NCBI GenBank assembly: GCA_048885865.1
Contig: JBHLLF010000009.1
Span: 1 to 64,000, forward strand
Origin: Candidatus Hermodarchaeota archaeon
GTDB lineage: Archaea > Asgardarchaeota > Thorarchaeia > Thorarchaeales > Thorarchaeaceae
Reading direction: 5' to 3'
DNA length: 64,000 nucleotides
In this document: piece after piece, positions 39,619 through 49,851 of the stretch
Layout: each line of letters starts with the position of its first letter
How positions within the stretch are numbered: position 1 is the stretch's first letter
Translations under genes and position numbers: made by a program
The notes under the pieces: model-generated
The model's database searches: none
Seen by the model: the letters and a program-made list of their open reading frames with translations, nothing else
Told to the model about the DNA's origin: nothing

Positions 39619-40284
39619 ATGATCGCCCGATATGACTTCGAGGGCGATTCAAATGTTGGTGCCTTTGGAATCGCCACAGACAGGTATGTGTTTGTTTCTC
39701 CAAACATGTCAGAAAGGTCCATAGATACTATGGAACGTGTCTTCAATCTTCCATTGGTGCAGTCAACAGTGGCCACCTTAGATGTGATTGGCCTTGTCTG
39801 TGTAGCGAATTCAAATGGCATTCTTCTTCCATACACAACTAATGATGATGAGCTTGAGGCATTGAAGGAATATCCTGACATTCGGGTAGAGTGGATTGAT
39901 AACAAGATGACGGCTCTGGGCAATATCATCCTAGCAAATGATAGCGGAGCTATTTGCCATCCAGATTTTGACAAGAATGCGCGAGCCAAGATTTCAGACG
40001 CTCTAGATATCGAGGTCATTCCAGGAACCGTGGCTAATCTACCCACTGTTGGGTCCAACACAGCAATAACAAATCAGGGTGCTATTGTCCATCCTATGGC
40101 CACAACAGCTGAAATTGAGAAGATATCACAGCTGTTAAAAGTGCACGTCGAGGTTGGCACAGTCAACCGAGGCAGTCCCTACACCAGTCTAGGTGTAATG
40201 GCGAATATGGACAGCATGATTGTTGGGTCAGAAACAACGGGTGTGGAATTGGCCCACATCAGTCAAGTCCTAGGCTTTGTCTAA
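39619..40284 (+). CDS. eif6: Translation initiation factor 6 (aIF6)
   Basis: ANSNGILLP, GNIILAND, GTVNRG, SETTGVEL. Confidence 0.95.
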   Translation: MIARYDFEGDSNVGAFGIATDRYVFVSPNMSERSIDTMERVFNLPLVQSTVATLDVIGLVCVANSNGILLPYTTNDDELEALKEYPDIRVEWIDNKMTALGNIILANDSGAICHPDFDKNARAKISDALDIEVIPGTVANLPTVGSNTAITNQGAIVHPMATTAEIEKISQLLKVHVEVGTVNRGSPYTSLGVMANMDSMIVGSETTGVELAHISQVLGFV

Positions 40285-40299
40285 AGAGGTGTTATTCAG

Positions 40300-40542
40300 A
40301 TGAGTTCCAAAGTATGGAGAGCAAAGGGCGAGTATCGTAAGATGAAACGGAAGTTCACTTTCTCAAAGGAGATGATTGCACTGAAAGAGGCTCATGTTAT
40401 GGAGAAGATTTACTCTGAGCTAGGCAGTCGTCACAGAGTGAAAAGAAAGGATATCACAGTCACTGAGCTTGTTGAGATTAAACCTGAAGAGGCGACGAAT
40501 CTGGAGCTCAGAAGGATACTCGGACTGGAGAGCGAACTCTAA
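40300..40542 (+). CDS. rplX: 50S ribosomal protein LX / eL20
   Basis: FSKE..A...EKIYSELGSRHRVKR. Confidence 0.92.
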   Translation: MSSKVWRAKGEYRKMKRKFTFSKEMIALKEAHVMEKIYSELGSRHRVKRKDITVTELVEIKPEEATNLELRRILGLESEL

Positions 40543-40979
40543 TGACGGAGGAGCAACAGAAACTCCTTCAGCAGCTCTACCGGGAACAACAACTCGCTGA
40601 GTCCAACCTAAATGCCCTTCAACAACAAATCGAATTGACACAGGTGCTGCTAAATCAGTACCAAAATGGGTTTATCGTGTTAAAAGAGCTTGAAAGCGGA
40701 AAGGAAGGCCAAGAAACGATGTTCAATGTTGGAGGAGGTATCTTCGTACAGGCAAAGCTGATAGATACCTCCAAAGTGACAAGAGCCCTCGGAAGCGGAG
40801 TCAGAATCGAGCAGAGTCTTGAGCAGGCCATTGAAGGAGTCGAAAAGGCCATCGAGAGTCTTGGTAGACAGTATGAGAGCCTTATTACTGAACTAGGAAA
40901 GATCGCCAGAAGGTCAGAAGAGATTGATGCTCAGATGAGACAACTGGTGGCACAGATGCAAGGCCAGGGGGCACAATAG
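40542..40979 (+). CDS. pfdA: Prefoldin alpha subunit
   Basis: Coiled coils flanking VGGGIFV...LGSGV.IE. Confidence 0.92.
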   Translation: MTEEQQKLLQQLYREQQLAESNLNALQQQIELTQVLLNQYQNGFIVLKELESGKEGQETMFNVGGGIFVQAKLIDTSKVTRALGSGVRIEQSLEQAIEGVEKAIESLGRQYESLITELGKIARRSEEIDAQMRQLVAQMQGQGAQ

Positions 40980-40980
40980 C

Positions 40981-41889
40981 TTGTTTGAGAAGCTCCGGGG
41001 TGCAATGGACTCTGCGGTCACTAAAGCCACCACTAAGGAGCTAAACGAGAAGAACCTTGCAGATGCGGTATGGGACCTTCAGATGGTCCTAATTCAGAAC
41101 GATGTCGCAGTAGATGTTGCTGAGCATATTTGTAACCTGACCAAGGAGAAGCTGATTGGGACGAGAGCAGGTCGTCTGGAGAAGACTGGTAAACTGTTCA
41201 GAGCTGCAATCTATGAGTCAATAATGGAAGTCTTGACGCCTGAACATCCACTTGATCCAATTCAGTTCGCCTCTGACAAGAAAGCAAAAGGAGAACATAC
41301 CGTGATTCTCTTTGTGGGTGTAAACGGGACTGGAAAGACAACTACATTGGCAAAGCTGGCAAATCTCTACAAGAAGAACGGTTTCTCTGTTGTTATCGCA
41401 GCTGGAGATACATTCCGCGCCGGAAGTATTGAGCAGCTTGAAGAACACGCAAAAAGGCTTGGAATTCGAGTCATCAAGCAGAATTATGGCTCTGATGCAG
41501 CAGCTGTAGCATATGATGCGATATCCCACGCACGGGCAAAAGGGATTGACATTGTTTTGATAGACTCAGCAGGTAGAATGCAGAGTAACAAGAACCTCAT
41601 CTCTGAGATGCAGAAGATTGCGAGAGTTACCGAACCAGACTTGAAAATCTTCGTGGGAGATGCACTTGCAGGGAATGATGCTCTCTCTCAAGCAAAAGAG
41701 TTCAATGATGCGATAGAGATAGATGGGGCTATTCTGACTAAGGTGGATGCGGATCCCTCTGGAGGTGCCGCGCTTTCAGTGGCCTTTGTTACAGGTCGAC
41801 CTGTGGTCTATATCGGAGTTGGGCAGAGTTATGATGATCTACGCAAGTTCGAGCCTGAGTGGTTTGCCCAGAGACTCGTAGCTAGTTAA
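40981..41889 (+). CDS. ftsY: SRP receptor FtsY
   Basis: GVNGTGKTT, DTFRAG, DSAGR, TKVD. Confidence 0.96.
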   Translation: MFEKLRGAMDSAVTKATTKELNEKNLADAVWDLQMVLIQNDVAVDVAEHICNLTKEKLIGTRAGRLEKTGKLFRAAIYESIMEVLTPEHPLDPIQFASDKKAKGEHTVILFVGVNGTGKTTTLAKLANLYKKNGFSVVIAAGDTFRAGSIEQLEEHAKRLGIRVIKQNYGSDAAAVAYDAISHARAKGIDIVLIDSAGRMQSNKNLISEMQKIARVTEPDLKIFVGDALAGNDALSQAKEFNDAIEIDGAILTKVDADPSGGAALSVAFVTGRPVVYIGVGQSYDDLRKFEPEWFAQRLVAS

Positions 41890-41961
41890 ACAGGTGGACA
41901 GTTTTATTACGCGGCAGAATCTGAGACCTCAGTATCTAATCCACTAGTCGAGGTAACCATT

Positions 41962-42888
41962 TTGGATTTCAAAGGTAGAAGTTTTGTAGATCTTTCAGAT
42001 TTCAACAGAGATGAACTGAGAGTCTTTCTTGATAAGGCACATGAGCTGAAACGCAAACAGAATAATGGAGAGCCCCACCAGATTCTGAAGGGCAAGTCAC
42101 TTGCGATGATCTTCATGAAGTCATCGACAAGGACGCGTGTTTCCTTTGAAGTGGGGATGACTCAGCTTGGTGGTCATGCGCTCTACCTTCAGCCTAGTGG
42201 CACACAGCTTGGCAGAGGAGAAACGATTGCAGACACTGCTAAGGTCCTAAGCAGATATTGTGATGTGATTATGGCCCGAGTATTTGGCCATAATGAGGTG
42301 ACTGAATTAGCCGAACATGCTACAGTTCCCGTAATCAATGGACTTTCTGACTATAATCATCCTTGTCAAATCATGGCTGACATGATGACGATTGAGGAAC
42401 AAAAGGGTAAGCTGGAAGGACTCAAGATAGCATATGTCGGTGACTCAAACAATGTGAGCAATTCGATAATGCAAGGTTGCACCATTATGGGAATGGATGT
42501 CACGATTGGCTCGCCGAAAGGGTACACTCCCTCTGAGGAAATCATCAAGAAAGCTGACGCATTGAGCAAGACCTACAACACAACCGTTGAAGTGGTTAAC
42601 GATCCTGCTGATGCCGTGAAAGGAGCTGCTGTAATATACACTGACACCTTCTTCAGCATGGGTCAGGAAAAATCAAAAGAGAAGGAAGATGCCTTAATGC
42701 CATTCCAAGTCAATAGGGCTCTTGTTGGCAAGGCAAGCAAAGATGTGATTGTGATGCACTGCCTGCCGGCTCATCGTGATGAAGAGCTGACCTCTGATAT
42801 AATGGATGATGACAAGTATAGTGTTGTATTTGACCAAGCAGAGAATCGTCTGCATGCGCAGAAGGGAATAATGGCACTCATAGTGTAA
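41962..42888 (+). CDS. argF: Ornithine carbamoyltransferase
   Basis: SSTRTR, HPCQ, SMG, HCLP, AENRLH. Confidence 0.96.
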   Translation: MDFKGRSFVDLSDFNRDELRVFLDKAHELKRKQNNGEPHQILKGKSLAMIFMKSSTRTRVSFEVGMTQLGGHALYLQPSGTQLGRGETIADTAKVLSRYCDVIMARVFGHNEVTELAEHATVPVINGLSDYNHPCQIMADMMTIEEQKGKLEGLKIAYVGDSNNVSNSIMQGCTIMGMDVTIGSPKGYTPSEEIIKKADALSKTYNTTVEVVNDPADAVKGAAVIYTDTFFSMGQEKSKEKEDALMPFQVNRALVGKASKDVIVMHCLPAHRDEELTSDIMDDDKYSVVFDQAENRLHAQKGIMALIV

Positions 42889-42900
42889 GAGGCTGTAGAA

Positions 42901-43872
42901 TTGGTGCGAGAGATTGTTGTCGTGGGCAGAATCAATGTAGACGTGATTATGGAAGTCGGCAGGATTCCAGCAAAGAATGAGCATGTCACAAGCAGACAAG
43001 GTTTCATATCTTTTGGCGGTTCGGCATCAAACTTTGCTACCCAAGCAGCTAGACTCGGTGTGGGCACAGGGATAGTCGGTTGCGTTGGTGATGACTTCTA
43101 TGGGCAGCAGGCCTTGAAAGATCTATCAAATGCTGGTGTAGATACCAGTTCAGTTCTAGTCTTGGACAACCAACCAACTGGCATATTCTTTCTAGCGGAG
43201 CAGAAGAATGGAGACAGAGTTGTTATTTCAGAACCAGGCGCAAATCGATTTCTAGAGAAACATGTCCTTGATGAAGACCTTCTGATAAAATCTACAGTTG
43301 TGCATCTCGCTGGTGCATTTCCAATGCTGACATCTAGAATCCAAGAGGTGTCCACAGCGAATGGAATGATATTTTCCTTTGATCCAGGAAGGGCCGCGGG
43401 CTCTTTGGACTTCAAATCAGTCCTTCGGAGAACCGATCTTCTGTTTCTAAACCAAGGAGAGCTACGCAACTACTTCAAGATTAACCCGAACGAGAAGGCA
43501 TTGAAAGCGTTTGCCAAGACAATACCGGGAATTGTGATAGTCAAGAAGGGAGAGAAAGGCGCGGTTGCTACTGATGGGTTTGAGTACTGCACATCCCCGG
43601 TTTTCGATGTCCCTGCGGTTGACACGTTGGGAGCTGGAGATGCTTTTGCAGCCGGCTTTGTCACTGCCTGGACTCGCTCAGAGAGGATTGAGCAAGCGCT
43701 TCATGTCGCTAATGCGGTTGCGGCTCTGACAATTACCAAGAAAGGTGCTCAAAACGGACAGCCCACAATGGATGAAACAGCTAGGCTTCTGAAGAAGAAC
43801 AGAGTAGCAATCGACTCAGTATTGAGAACCTTCAAGCCCAAGAAACGAAGAAAGGGAAAGGGTAGGCGATAG
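42901..43872 (+). CDS. PfkB family carbohydrate kinase
   Basis: GGSASN, VGDDFYG, DTLGAGDAF; basic C-terminal tail. Confidence 0.93.
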   Translation: MVREIVVVGRINVDVIMEVGRIPAKNEHVTSRQGFISFGGSASNFATQAARLGVGTGIVGCVGDDFYGQQALKDLSNAGVDTSSVLVLDNQPTGIFFLAEQKNGDRVVISEPGANRFLEKHVLDEDLLIKSTVVHLAGAFPMLTSRIQEVSTANGMIFSFDPGRAAGSLDFKSVLRRTDLLFLNQGELRNYFKINPNEKALKAFAKTIPGIVIVKKGEKGAVATDGFEYCTSPVFDVPAVDTLGAGDAFAAGFVTAWTRSERIEQALHVANAVAALTITKKGAQNGQPTMDETARLLKKNRVAIDSVLRTFKPKKRRKGKGRR

Positions 43873-43942
43873 TCGGTATTACCGTCGTAGTATTCCACTT
43901 TTTCTTAGGAGAATACACCGATATTAGCACGGAACTGAAGGT

Positions 43943-45136
43943 GTGATTGAGCTTATGCATCCATTATTGGAAGAGGTCCTTCGTACAGCGCCAACTGGAC
44001 AACGTGAAACACAGTATGGCAAGTCCTCAAAGAAGACTCCTGCGAAATCTGCCACAACTGATGAGGATCTGGCTAGTATTTTGGAATCCGTCAGCGCCAG
44101 GATACTCGTAGTTGGAGTTGGCGGAGCTGGTAACAATGCAGTAACACGTTTGATGCAAGTTGGAGTAGAAGGAGCGGAAACACTTGCAGCTAACACGGAT
44201 GCGCAGGACCTCTATTTTTGCAGCTCAAACCATAAGCTGCTTCTTGGCAGGGAAACCTGTGGAGGACTCGGAGCTGGAAACGACCCCGATATAGGTGAAG
44301 CTGCGGCTCTAGAAACATATGAAGTCATTAAAGATGTGATTCGAGGCGATCTTGTGTTTATAACCGCTGGAATGGGTGGTGGAACAGGAACAGGCGCCGC
44401 ACCGCTAATTGCCAAAGCCGCACAAGAAAATGGTGCTCTGACAGTGGCCATTGTGTGTCTGCCCTTTGAAGTGGAGGGGGACACTAGAAGACGGAATGCT
44501 CAGCGTGGCCTCAATGCAATCATGGAACATGTGGATACCTTGATAGCCATACCCAATGAGAAGCTCTTGGAGATAGCTCCTGACCTTTCCTTGCCAGAGG
44601 CCTTCATGGTGGCCGATGAGGTCCTAGTGAGAGCTGTAAAGGGCATCGCGGAATTGATCTCAAAGCCTGGGCTTGTGAACCTAGACTTTGCTGATGTCCG
44701 TACAACGATGAAGAATGGTGGCGTTTCAATCATCGCACTTGGCGAGGGAGAGGGAGAGAACAGAGCTGAAGACGCTGTAATCAATGCTCTGAGGAACCCC
44801 TTGATAGAAGTTTCAATTGAGAACGCGCGTAACATTCTTGTCAATGTCAGTGGCAGCACTGACCTTCAGTTGTCTGAGGCAAAGCAAGTCGTACAACTGG
44901 TGACTGAGCAAGTGAATCCTGGAGTAGAGATAATCTATGGGGCATTGATCGCTCCAGAACTTGAGGATCGAATTCGTGTGACCATTATTGCATCTGGTGT
45001 AAGCTCTCCGTATGTCTTCGATAAGACAGAGAGAGTAATGCCTTTAGCAGATGACCTGAAGACTGACTTGGGACTTCAGAGGTTGGATGAATCCGACATG
45101 GACAATCAGGAAGGGTTAAAAGAAGACTCGGACTGA
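43943..45136 (+). CDS. ftsZ: Cell division protein FtsZ
   Basis: GVGGAGNN, ANTDAQ, GGGTGTG, NLDFAD; next to secE-spt5. Confidence 0.97.
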   Translation: MIELMHPLLEEVLRTAPTGQRETQYGKSSKKTPAKSATTDEDLASILESVSARILVVGVGGAGNNAVTRLMQVGVEGAETLAANTDAQDLYFCSSNHKLLLGRETCGGLGAGNDPDIGEAAALETYEVIKDVIRGDLVFITAGMGGGTGTGAAPLIAKAAQENGALTVAIVCLPFEVEGDTRRRNAQRGLNAIMEHVDTLIAIPNEKLLEIAPDLSLPEAFMVADEVLVRAVKGIAELISKPGLVNLDFADVRTTMKNGGVSIIALGEGEGENRAEDAVINALRNPLIEVSIENARNILVNVSGSTDLQLSEAKQVVQLVTEQVNPGVEIIYGALIAPELEDRIRVTIIASGVSSPYVFDKTERVMPLADDLKTDLGLQRLDESDMDNQEGLKEDSD

Positions 45137-45186
45137 GAGCAGTCGAATCCTACTTGAGGGATTCAGACACCAGGATGTGAACACAT

Positions 45187-45402
45187 TTGGGCATTAGTGA
45201 ATTCATTCAAGAGAGCAGACGCATCCTAAAGCTAGCTACCAAGCCTTCCAGGACGGAACTTTGGACAAGCACAAAGATTACGCTATTAGCTATGGTTCTA
45301 GTTGGTCTGCTTAGTTTCATTGTCCAAATCTTCATGACTACTATTACCAGCGACTGGGGTACCGAAAGCTGGATACCGATATCATTGGCAGGGCTGTTAT
45401 AG
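45187..45402 (+). CDS. secE: Protein translocase SecE / Sec61-gamma
   Basis: RILKLATKPS..E plus one TM. Confidence 0.92.
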   Translation: MGISEFIQESRRILKLATKPSRTELWTSTKITLLAMVLVGLLSFIVQIFMTTITSDWGTESWIPISLAGLL

Positions 45403-45446
45403 TCCCTAGCCTATCCAGCAGCCGAACATATCAAGGGGGTTTCTAG

Positions 45447-46127
45447 TTGGAGCCAAAAAGCAGCATTTACGCGGTTCGCACTACCATAGGACAAGAGAAG
45501 GGCGTTACAGACCTTATAACTACAGCAGTCATAGGTGAAACAGATGTCTGGACATGTCCTTTCTGTTCTGAGGAGTTTTCTTCTAAGGAAGCCACCTTAG
45601 AGCACATGAGCAGCTGCAAGAAGAAGAAAAAGAAGTCAGGAGAGCCAAAGTTGGTATCGACCAACCAGCTTCTGGGACGGGTCAAGGCAATTTTGGTACC
45701 CGAAACTCTTCGAGGCTATGTATTCCTAGAGACCCTTGAGTTTAGAGATGTGGAGATTGCAATCTCAGGTGTACCGCATGTTAGAGGCCGCGTAGGTGGC
45801 AAGGTCAGCTTTGAAGAAATCGATAAGTTCTTGGTACCAAAGCCGGCTGCAGAAGGAATCTCGACTGGAGATGTTGTAGAGATCATTTCTGGACCATTCA
45901 AGGGGGAACGAGCCAAGGTTGCACGAGTTGACGCGGCAAAGGAGGAACTCATTCTGGAGCTTTTAGACAGCCCGCATACAATTCCGATACGTGTCCACGC
46001 AGACTTTGCTAAAATAGTTGAGAAAGCACATCGTGAGGAAGAGGTCGAGGTCACCGGTGATGATGAAGACCGGGCTGATGAGAAGGAAGAGGATTTGGAA
46101 GACGACTCTTTCTGGGCTCACGACTAG
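45447..46127 (+). CDS. spt5: Transcription elongation factor Spt5 with zinc-finger insert
   Basis: YAVRTTIGQE, LRGYVFLE, KOW GDVVEIISGPFKGE; insert CPFC-x12-H-x3-C. Confidence 0.95.
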   Translation: MEPKSSIYAVRTTIGQEKGVTDLITTAVIGETDVWTCPFCSEEFSSKEATLEHMSSCKKKKKKSGEPKLVSTNQLLGRVKAILVPETLRGYVFLETLEFRDVEIAISGVPHVRGRVGGKVSFEEIDKFLVPKPAAEGISTGDVVEIISGPFKGERAKVARVDAAKEELILELLDSPHTIPIRVHADFAKIVEKAHREEEVEVTGDDEDRADEKEEDLEDDSFWAHD

Positions 46128-46349
46128 CAGGGACCATTCAGTCACTCCAAAATGCTTAAAACATTCTAGATGTGGGGTCGAATCATCTCCTTAATTGGAC
46201 ATAGACGCACGACGTCGTGTCTGGGGTGAAGAAAGTGACAATGAATGCAGTAGACCGAACTGGACAGAGTACTACTTGTGCCATTAGGTCGACCATAATC
46301 GTGGCGTCCAAGGACCCATCGAGGTTACTGCATCAGGAGTTGTGAAAAA

Positions 46350-46856
46350 TTGAGCGAAACTAAGCCAATTATTGTAGAGGCGATGGTAGAGGGTGGCAAA
46401 GCCTCCGGAGGGCCGCCGATTGGACCGGCTCTTGGACCTACTGGGGTAAACATATTCCAGGTCGTCACCAAAATCAATGAGGTCACTGAAGCCTTTGCTG
46501 GTCTCAAGGTACCTGTGAAGATAACGGTCAACCCAAATGACAAGAGCTTCACCGTTGATGTGGGAACTCCACCAACTAGCGCACTGATCTTGAAAGAGAT
46601 TGGGCAACCAAAGGGCTCCGGAGAGCCAAACACAAACATCGTTGGAAACCTCACTATTGACCAGATCAAGTCAATTGCAAAGGGCAAAGCGAGTGACATC
46701 TCCGCACTCAACTTGAAGAGTGCAGCTCTGATTGTGTCTGGCACCTGCGTTTCAATGGGTGTGACTGTGGAAGGAAAGGCTGCCAAGGAGTTCCAGCAGG
46801 AAGTCAAAGATGGTGTCTGGGACAGCCAGCTGGACGAACCACTCAGGGAGGGCTAA
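46350..46856 (+). CDS. rpl11: 50S ribosomal protein L11
   Basis: GGKASGGPPIGPALGP, VG.PPTS.L, GTCVSMGV. Confidence 0.97.
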   Translation: MSETKPIIVEAMVEGGKASGGPPIGPALGPTGVNIFQVVTKINEVTEAFAGLKVPVKITVNPNDKSFTVDVGTPPTSALILKEIGQPKGSGEPNTNIVGNLTIDQIKSIAKGKASDISALNLKSAALIVSGTCVSMGVTVEGKAAKEFQQEVKDGVWDSQLDEPLREG

Positions 46857-46859
46857 TCT

Positions 46860-47522
46860 ATGTCAGTCAAAGTTGAACCCATAGAAGCCGCCGTCGCTGA
46901 GGCGAGAAAACTTGGAACTAAGAAGAAAAGGAAGTTCAAGCAGAGCTTTGATGTTGCTGTCAACTTCAGGAAGAAGGAGCTTGATGTTACCAAGCCAGAG
47001 AATCGATTCAATCAGGATGTTGTGCTCCCCAATGCGATGTTTCCTCCTGTAAAGGTATGCGCCTTTGGCGATGGTGATTTCGCGGAAAAAGCTCTGGCTG
47101 CTGGAGTTCAGAGGGTTGTGTCAAAAGACGAAATCCCAAAGCTTGGCGATGAAAAGAAGGAGAGAAAAGCCTTAGCAAAGGGCTTCGACTTTTTCATTGC
47201 GGCAGTAGATGCGATGCCCCTCGTGGGACGTTACCTAGGACAGGCATTGGGGCCCAGAGGGAAGATGCCAAGACCGTTCCCACCACAAGCAGATCTCAGT
47301 CCTGTGGTAGAGCAGTATCAACGGACTGTCCGAGTAAGGATGAGGAATACCCCAACGTTCCACGTCAAGGTTGGTCATGTGAATATGGCTGACAAAGAGG
47401 TTGCTGACAACATTGCGGCAGTTCTAAGCTTCGTGGACAGCAAGGGATTCCTGGACCGTGTCGGCAGCGTGCTCGTCAAGAGCACAATGGGACCAACGGT
47501 CAATGTACCAATCGAGAGGTGA
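46860..47522 (+). CDS. rpl1: 50S ribosomal protein L1
   Basis: RKFKQSFD, LGPRGKMP, KSTMGP. Confidence 0.97.
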   Translation: MSVKVEPIEAAVAEARKLGTKKKRKFKQSFDVAVNFRKKELDVTKPENRFNQDVVLPNAMFPPVKVCAFGDGDFAEKALAAGVQRVVSKDEIPKLGDEKKERKALAKGFDFFIAAVDAMPLVGRYLGQALGPRGKMPRPFPPQADLSPVVEQYQRTVRVRMRNTPTFHVKVGHVNMADKEVADNIAAVLSFVDSKGFLDRVGSVLVKSTMGPTVNVPIER

Positions 47523-47527
47523 TTGAA

Positions 47528-48541
47528 ATGTCAGTTTACGAGAAGACTATTCCACAATGGAAACTTGACAAAGTAGCTGAACTCGCCGCCAGAATTGACG
47601 AGAGCGAGATGATTGGTCTTGTGAACGTGGAAGGTGTTGGAGCAAAGCAACTCTCAGGAATCAGAGAGAGCCTGAGAGGCTCAGCAACAATGATGATGGC
47701 ACGGAATACACTGATGATTAGGGCTCTTGAGGCAGCCAAGAAAAAGGGAATCAAGAATCTCATAGAACATGTTTCAGGCCCTGTGGCCTTCATGTTCAGC
47801 AATCAGGACCCATTCGTTCTGACAAAGTTTCTTGGCGAAAACAGGGCAGCAGCCCCAGCCAAAGGCGGTCAGATTGCGCCAAAGGACATTGTTGTTCCAG
47901 CCATGAATACGGGTGTTGCTCCTGGTCCATTCATCAGCGAGCTGGCTGCATTAAGGATTCCAGCTCGTGTGAAAGGAGGAGTCATTCATGTCACTGATGA
48001 CACCGTTGCTGTTAAGGCTGGAGATATAATCTCAAACGCGATGGCGCAGATGTTGACAAGACTGGGAATCGAACCCATGGAACTCCAGCTGAAGCTCATA
48101 GCAGCCTATGCCGACGGATCGGTAATGACCGGTGACAGTCTGGAGATTGACCTGGGTGGTCTGTTGGCCCAGGTCGTGGCAGGCCATCAGTATGCAGTCA
48201 ATCTGTCGATAAACACCGGATATCCCACAGTAGAAACTATTCCTATGCTGCTTGCTAAGGCTAGTTTTGAGGCCAAGCGTCTGACTATGGAGATAGGCTT
48301 TTTCGAACCAGATATGATTGGCGAGTTCTTAGCCAAGGCAAACTCAGAAGCATTTGCGCTTGCAGCAATAATCTCTGAGAAAGACCCCGACGCAATATCC
48401 TCCGAAGCCCTTAGCCAGGTTCAGGCTGCTGCAGCATCAGCTACTGCGGCTCCAGCAGAGGAGCCAGAGCAACCTGAAGAGGTTGAGGAAGAGGAGGAGG
48501 AGGAAGAAGAAGTTGCAGGCCTCGGCGGCCTGTTTGGATAA
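47528..48541 (+). CDS. rpl10: 50S ribosomal protein L10 / P0
   Basis: PQWK, RNTL..RAL, PAKGG.IAP; acidic tail GLGGLFG. Confidence 0.96.
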   Translation: MSVYEKTIPQWKLDKVAELAARIDESEMIGLVNVEGVGAKQLSGIRESLRGSATMMMARNTLMIRALEAAKKKGIKNLIEHVSGPVAFMFSNQDPFVLTKFLGENRAAAPAKGGQIAPKDIVVPAMNTGVAPGPFISELAALRIPARVKGGVIHVTDDTVAVKAGDIISNAMAQMLTRLGIEPMELQLKLIAAYADGSVMTGDSLEIDLGGLLAQVVAGHQYAVNLSINTGYPTVETIPMLLAKASFEAKRLTMEIGFFEPDMIGEFLAKANSEAFALAAIISEKDPDAISSEALSQVQAAAASATAAPAEEPEQPEEVEEEEEEEEEVAGLGGLFG

Positions 48542-48561
48542 TAGTAACGAGGTAGATAGAA

Positions 48562-48867
48562 ATGGAGTACGTATATACAGCACTTCTGCTCCACAAAGCA
48601 GGCCAGAAGGTCAATGCCAAGAACATGGAAGCTGTACTCACCGCTGCAGGTGTTGAAGCTGACAAGGGCAGAATCAAGGCACTTCTTGCAGCCTTGAAGG
48701 ATGTTGACATTGATGAGGCTTTGAAGGGTGCAGCTATGCCAATGGCTGTCGCTGCAGCTCCTGCAGCTGGTGGCGCCACTGAGGCAGCCCCAGCTAAAGA
48801 GGAGAAGAAGGAAGAAGAGGAAGAGGAAGAAGAGGTCACTGCTGGTCTCGGTAGCCTCTTTGGTTAG
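48562..48867 (+). CDS. rpl12: 50S ribosomal stalk protein P1 (aL12)
   Basis: [11 protein letters not shown]...[12 protein letters not shown]. Confidence 0.97.
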   Translation: MEYVYTALLLHKAGQKVNAKNMEAVLTAAGVEADKGRIKALLAALKDVDIDEALKGAAMPMAVAAAPAAGGATEAAPAKEEKKEEEEEEEEVTAGLGSLFG

Positions 48868-48997
48868 AGTGGAACCCGATCATAAGATCAGTCCCTCTAG
48901 TGAGAGGGCGGGCAGGTTGCGAGCCTGTCCGCTCACCAGCGTTTTTTGTCTGATTTGACCCACAGAAACATATGCCGCCGAATCAAGACTAGATGGC

Positions 48998-49786
48998 GTG
49001 AAGATTGTATATCATCCCCTAATGCGCAATTCCTATGATGGGACTCCTGCAGGTGCATCAGGCCGACTTGACACTGCCATTGAGATTCTAAGTGGGCATC
49101 CGGAATACGAGTTCGTTGAGCCAAGTCCTGCTACAGATGAGCAGATTCTACGAGCTCATGGTCCAGGGCATCTGGATGAGGTAAGGCGGGATACTGACTA
49201 CACACGCCAAGGACTCCTTTATGAGATGGCGGCGCTCGCAGCTGGTGGAGCCATTATGACTGCCGAGATAGCAGTGGAAGGGGAGCCTGCCTTCGGACTG
49301 ATACGGCCTCCAGGTCACCATGCATCGTGGGACAGCTATTGGGGATACTGCTATCACAACAATATTGCAGTTTCACTCCTGCATCTCAAGGCACTGGCGA
49401 AGATTGAAACTGCATTTATTCTGGACTTTGACCTTCACACTGGAGATGGCAATATCAATATCTTGGGAGATAGCGAGGATTATGTCATCTATAATCCTCG
49501 AGGGCATGGAGATGATGCCTATCTGGCAGATACGAAGAGGGCTCTGGATTCCAGTCCAGATGTGGATATTATAGTCGCATCTGCTGGATTTGATCAGTAT
49601 ATTGACGACTGGGGAAGCAACCTCTCAATGGAGGCCTTTAGGAAAATTGGCAAGATGATGCATGACTTTGCCATGGAGAGATGTGAGGGCAGGAGATATG
49701 GCCTCCTAGAGGGGGGTTATAACTTTGAGGACCTTGGAAAGAACATTCTTGCCTTTTGCGAGGGTCTAAGATTAGGGACGGATTAG
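48998..49786 (+). CDS. Histone deacetylase / AcuC family protein
   Basis: RPPGHHA, GYC..NN, DFDLHTGDG, SAGFD, LEGGY. Confidence 0.93.
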   Translation: MKIVYHPLMRNSYDGTPAGASGRLDTAIEILSGHPEYEFVEPSPATDEQILRAHGPGHLDEVRRDTDYTRQGLLYEMAALAAGGAIMTAEIAVEGEPAFGLIRPPGHHASWDSYWGYCYHNNIAVSLLHLKALAKIETAFILDFDLHTGDGNINILGDSEDYVIYNPRGHGDDAYLADTKRALDSSPDVDIIVASAGFDQYIDDWGSNLSMEAFRKIGKMMHDFAMERCEGRRYGLLEGGYNFEDLGKNILAFCEGLRLGTD

Positions 49787-49851
49787 ATTGTGTCCCTGAT
49801 ATTCATGGTGACCTTAAATTACGAAGCCATGACTCACTGCTGGTGAGAGGC

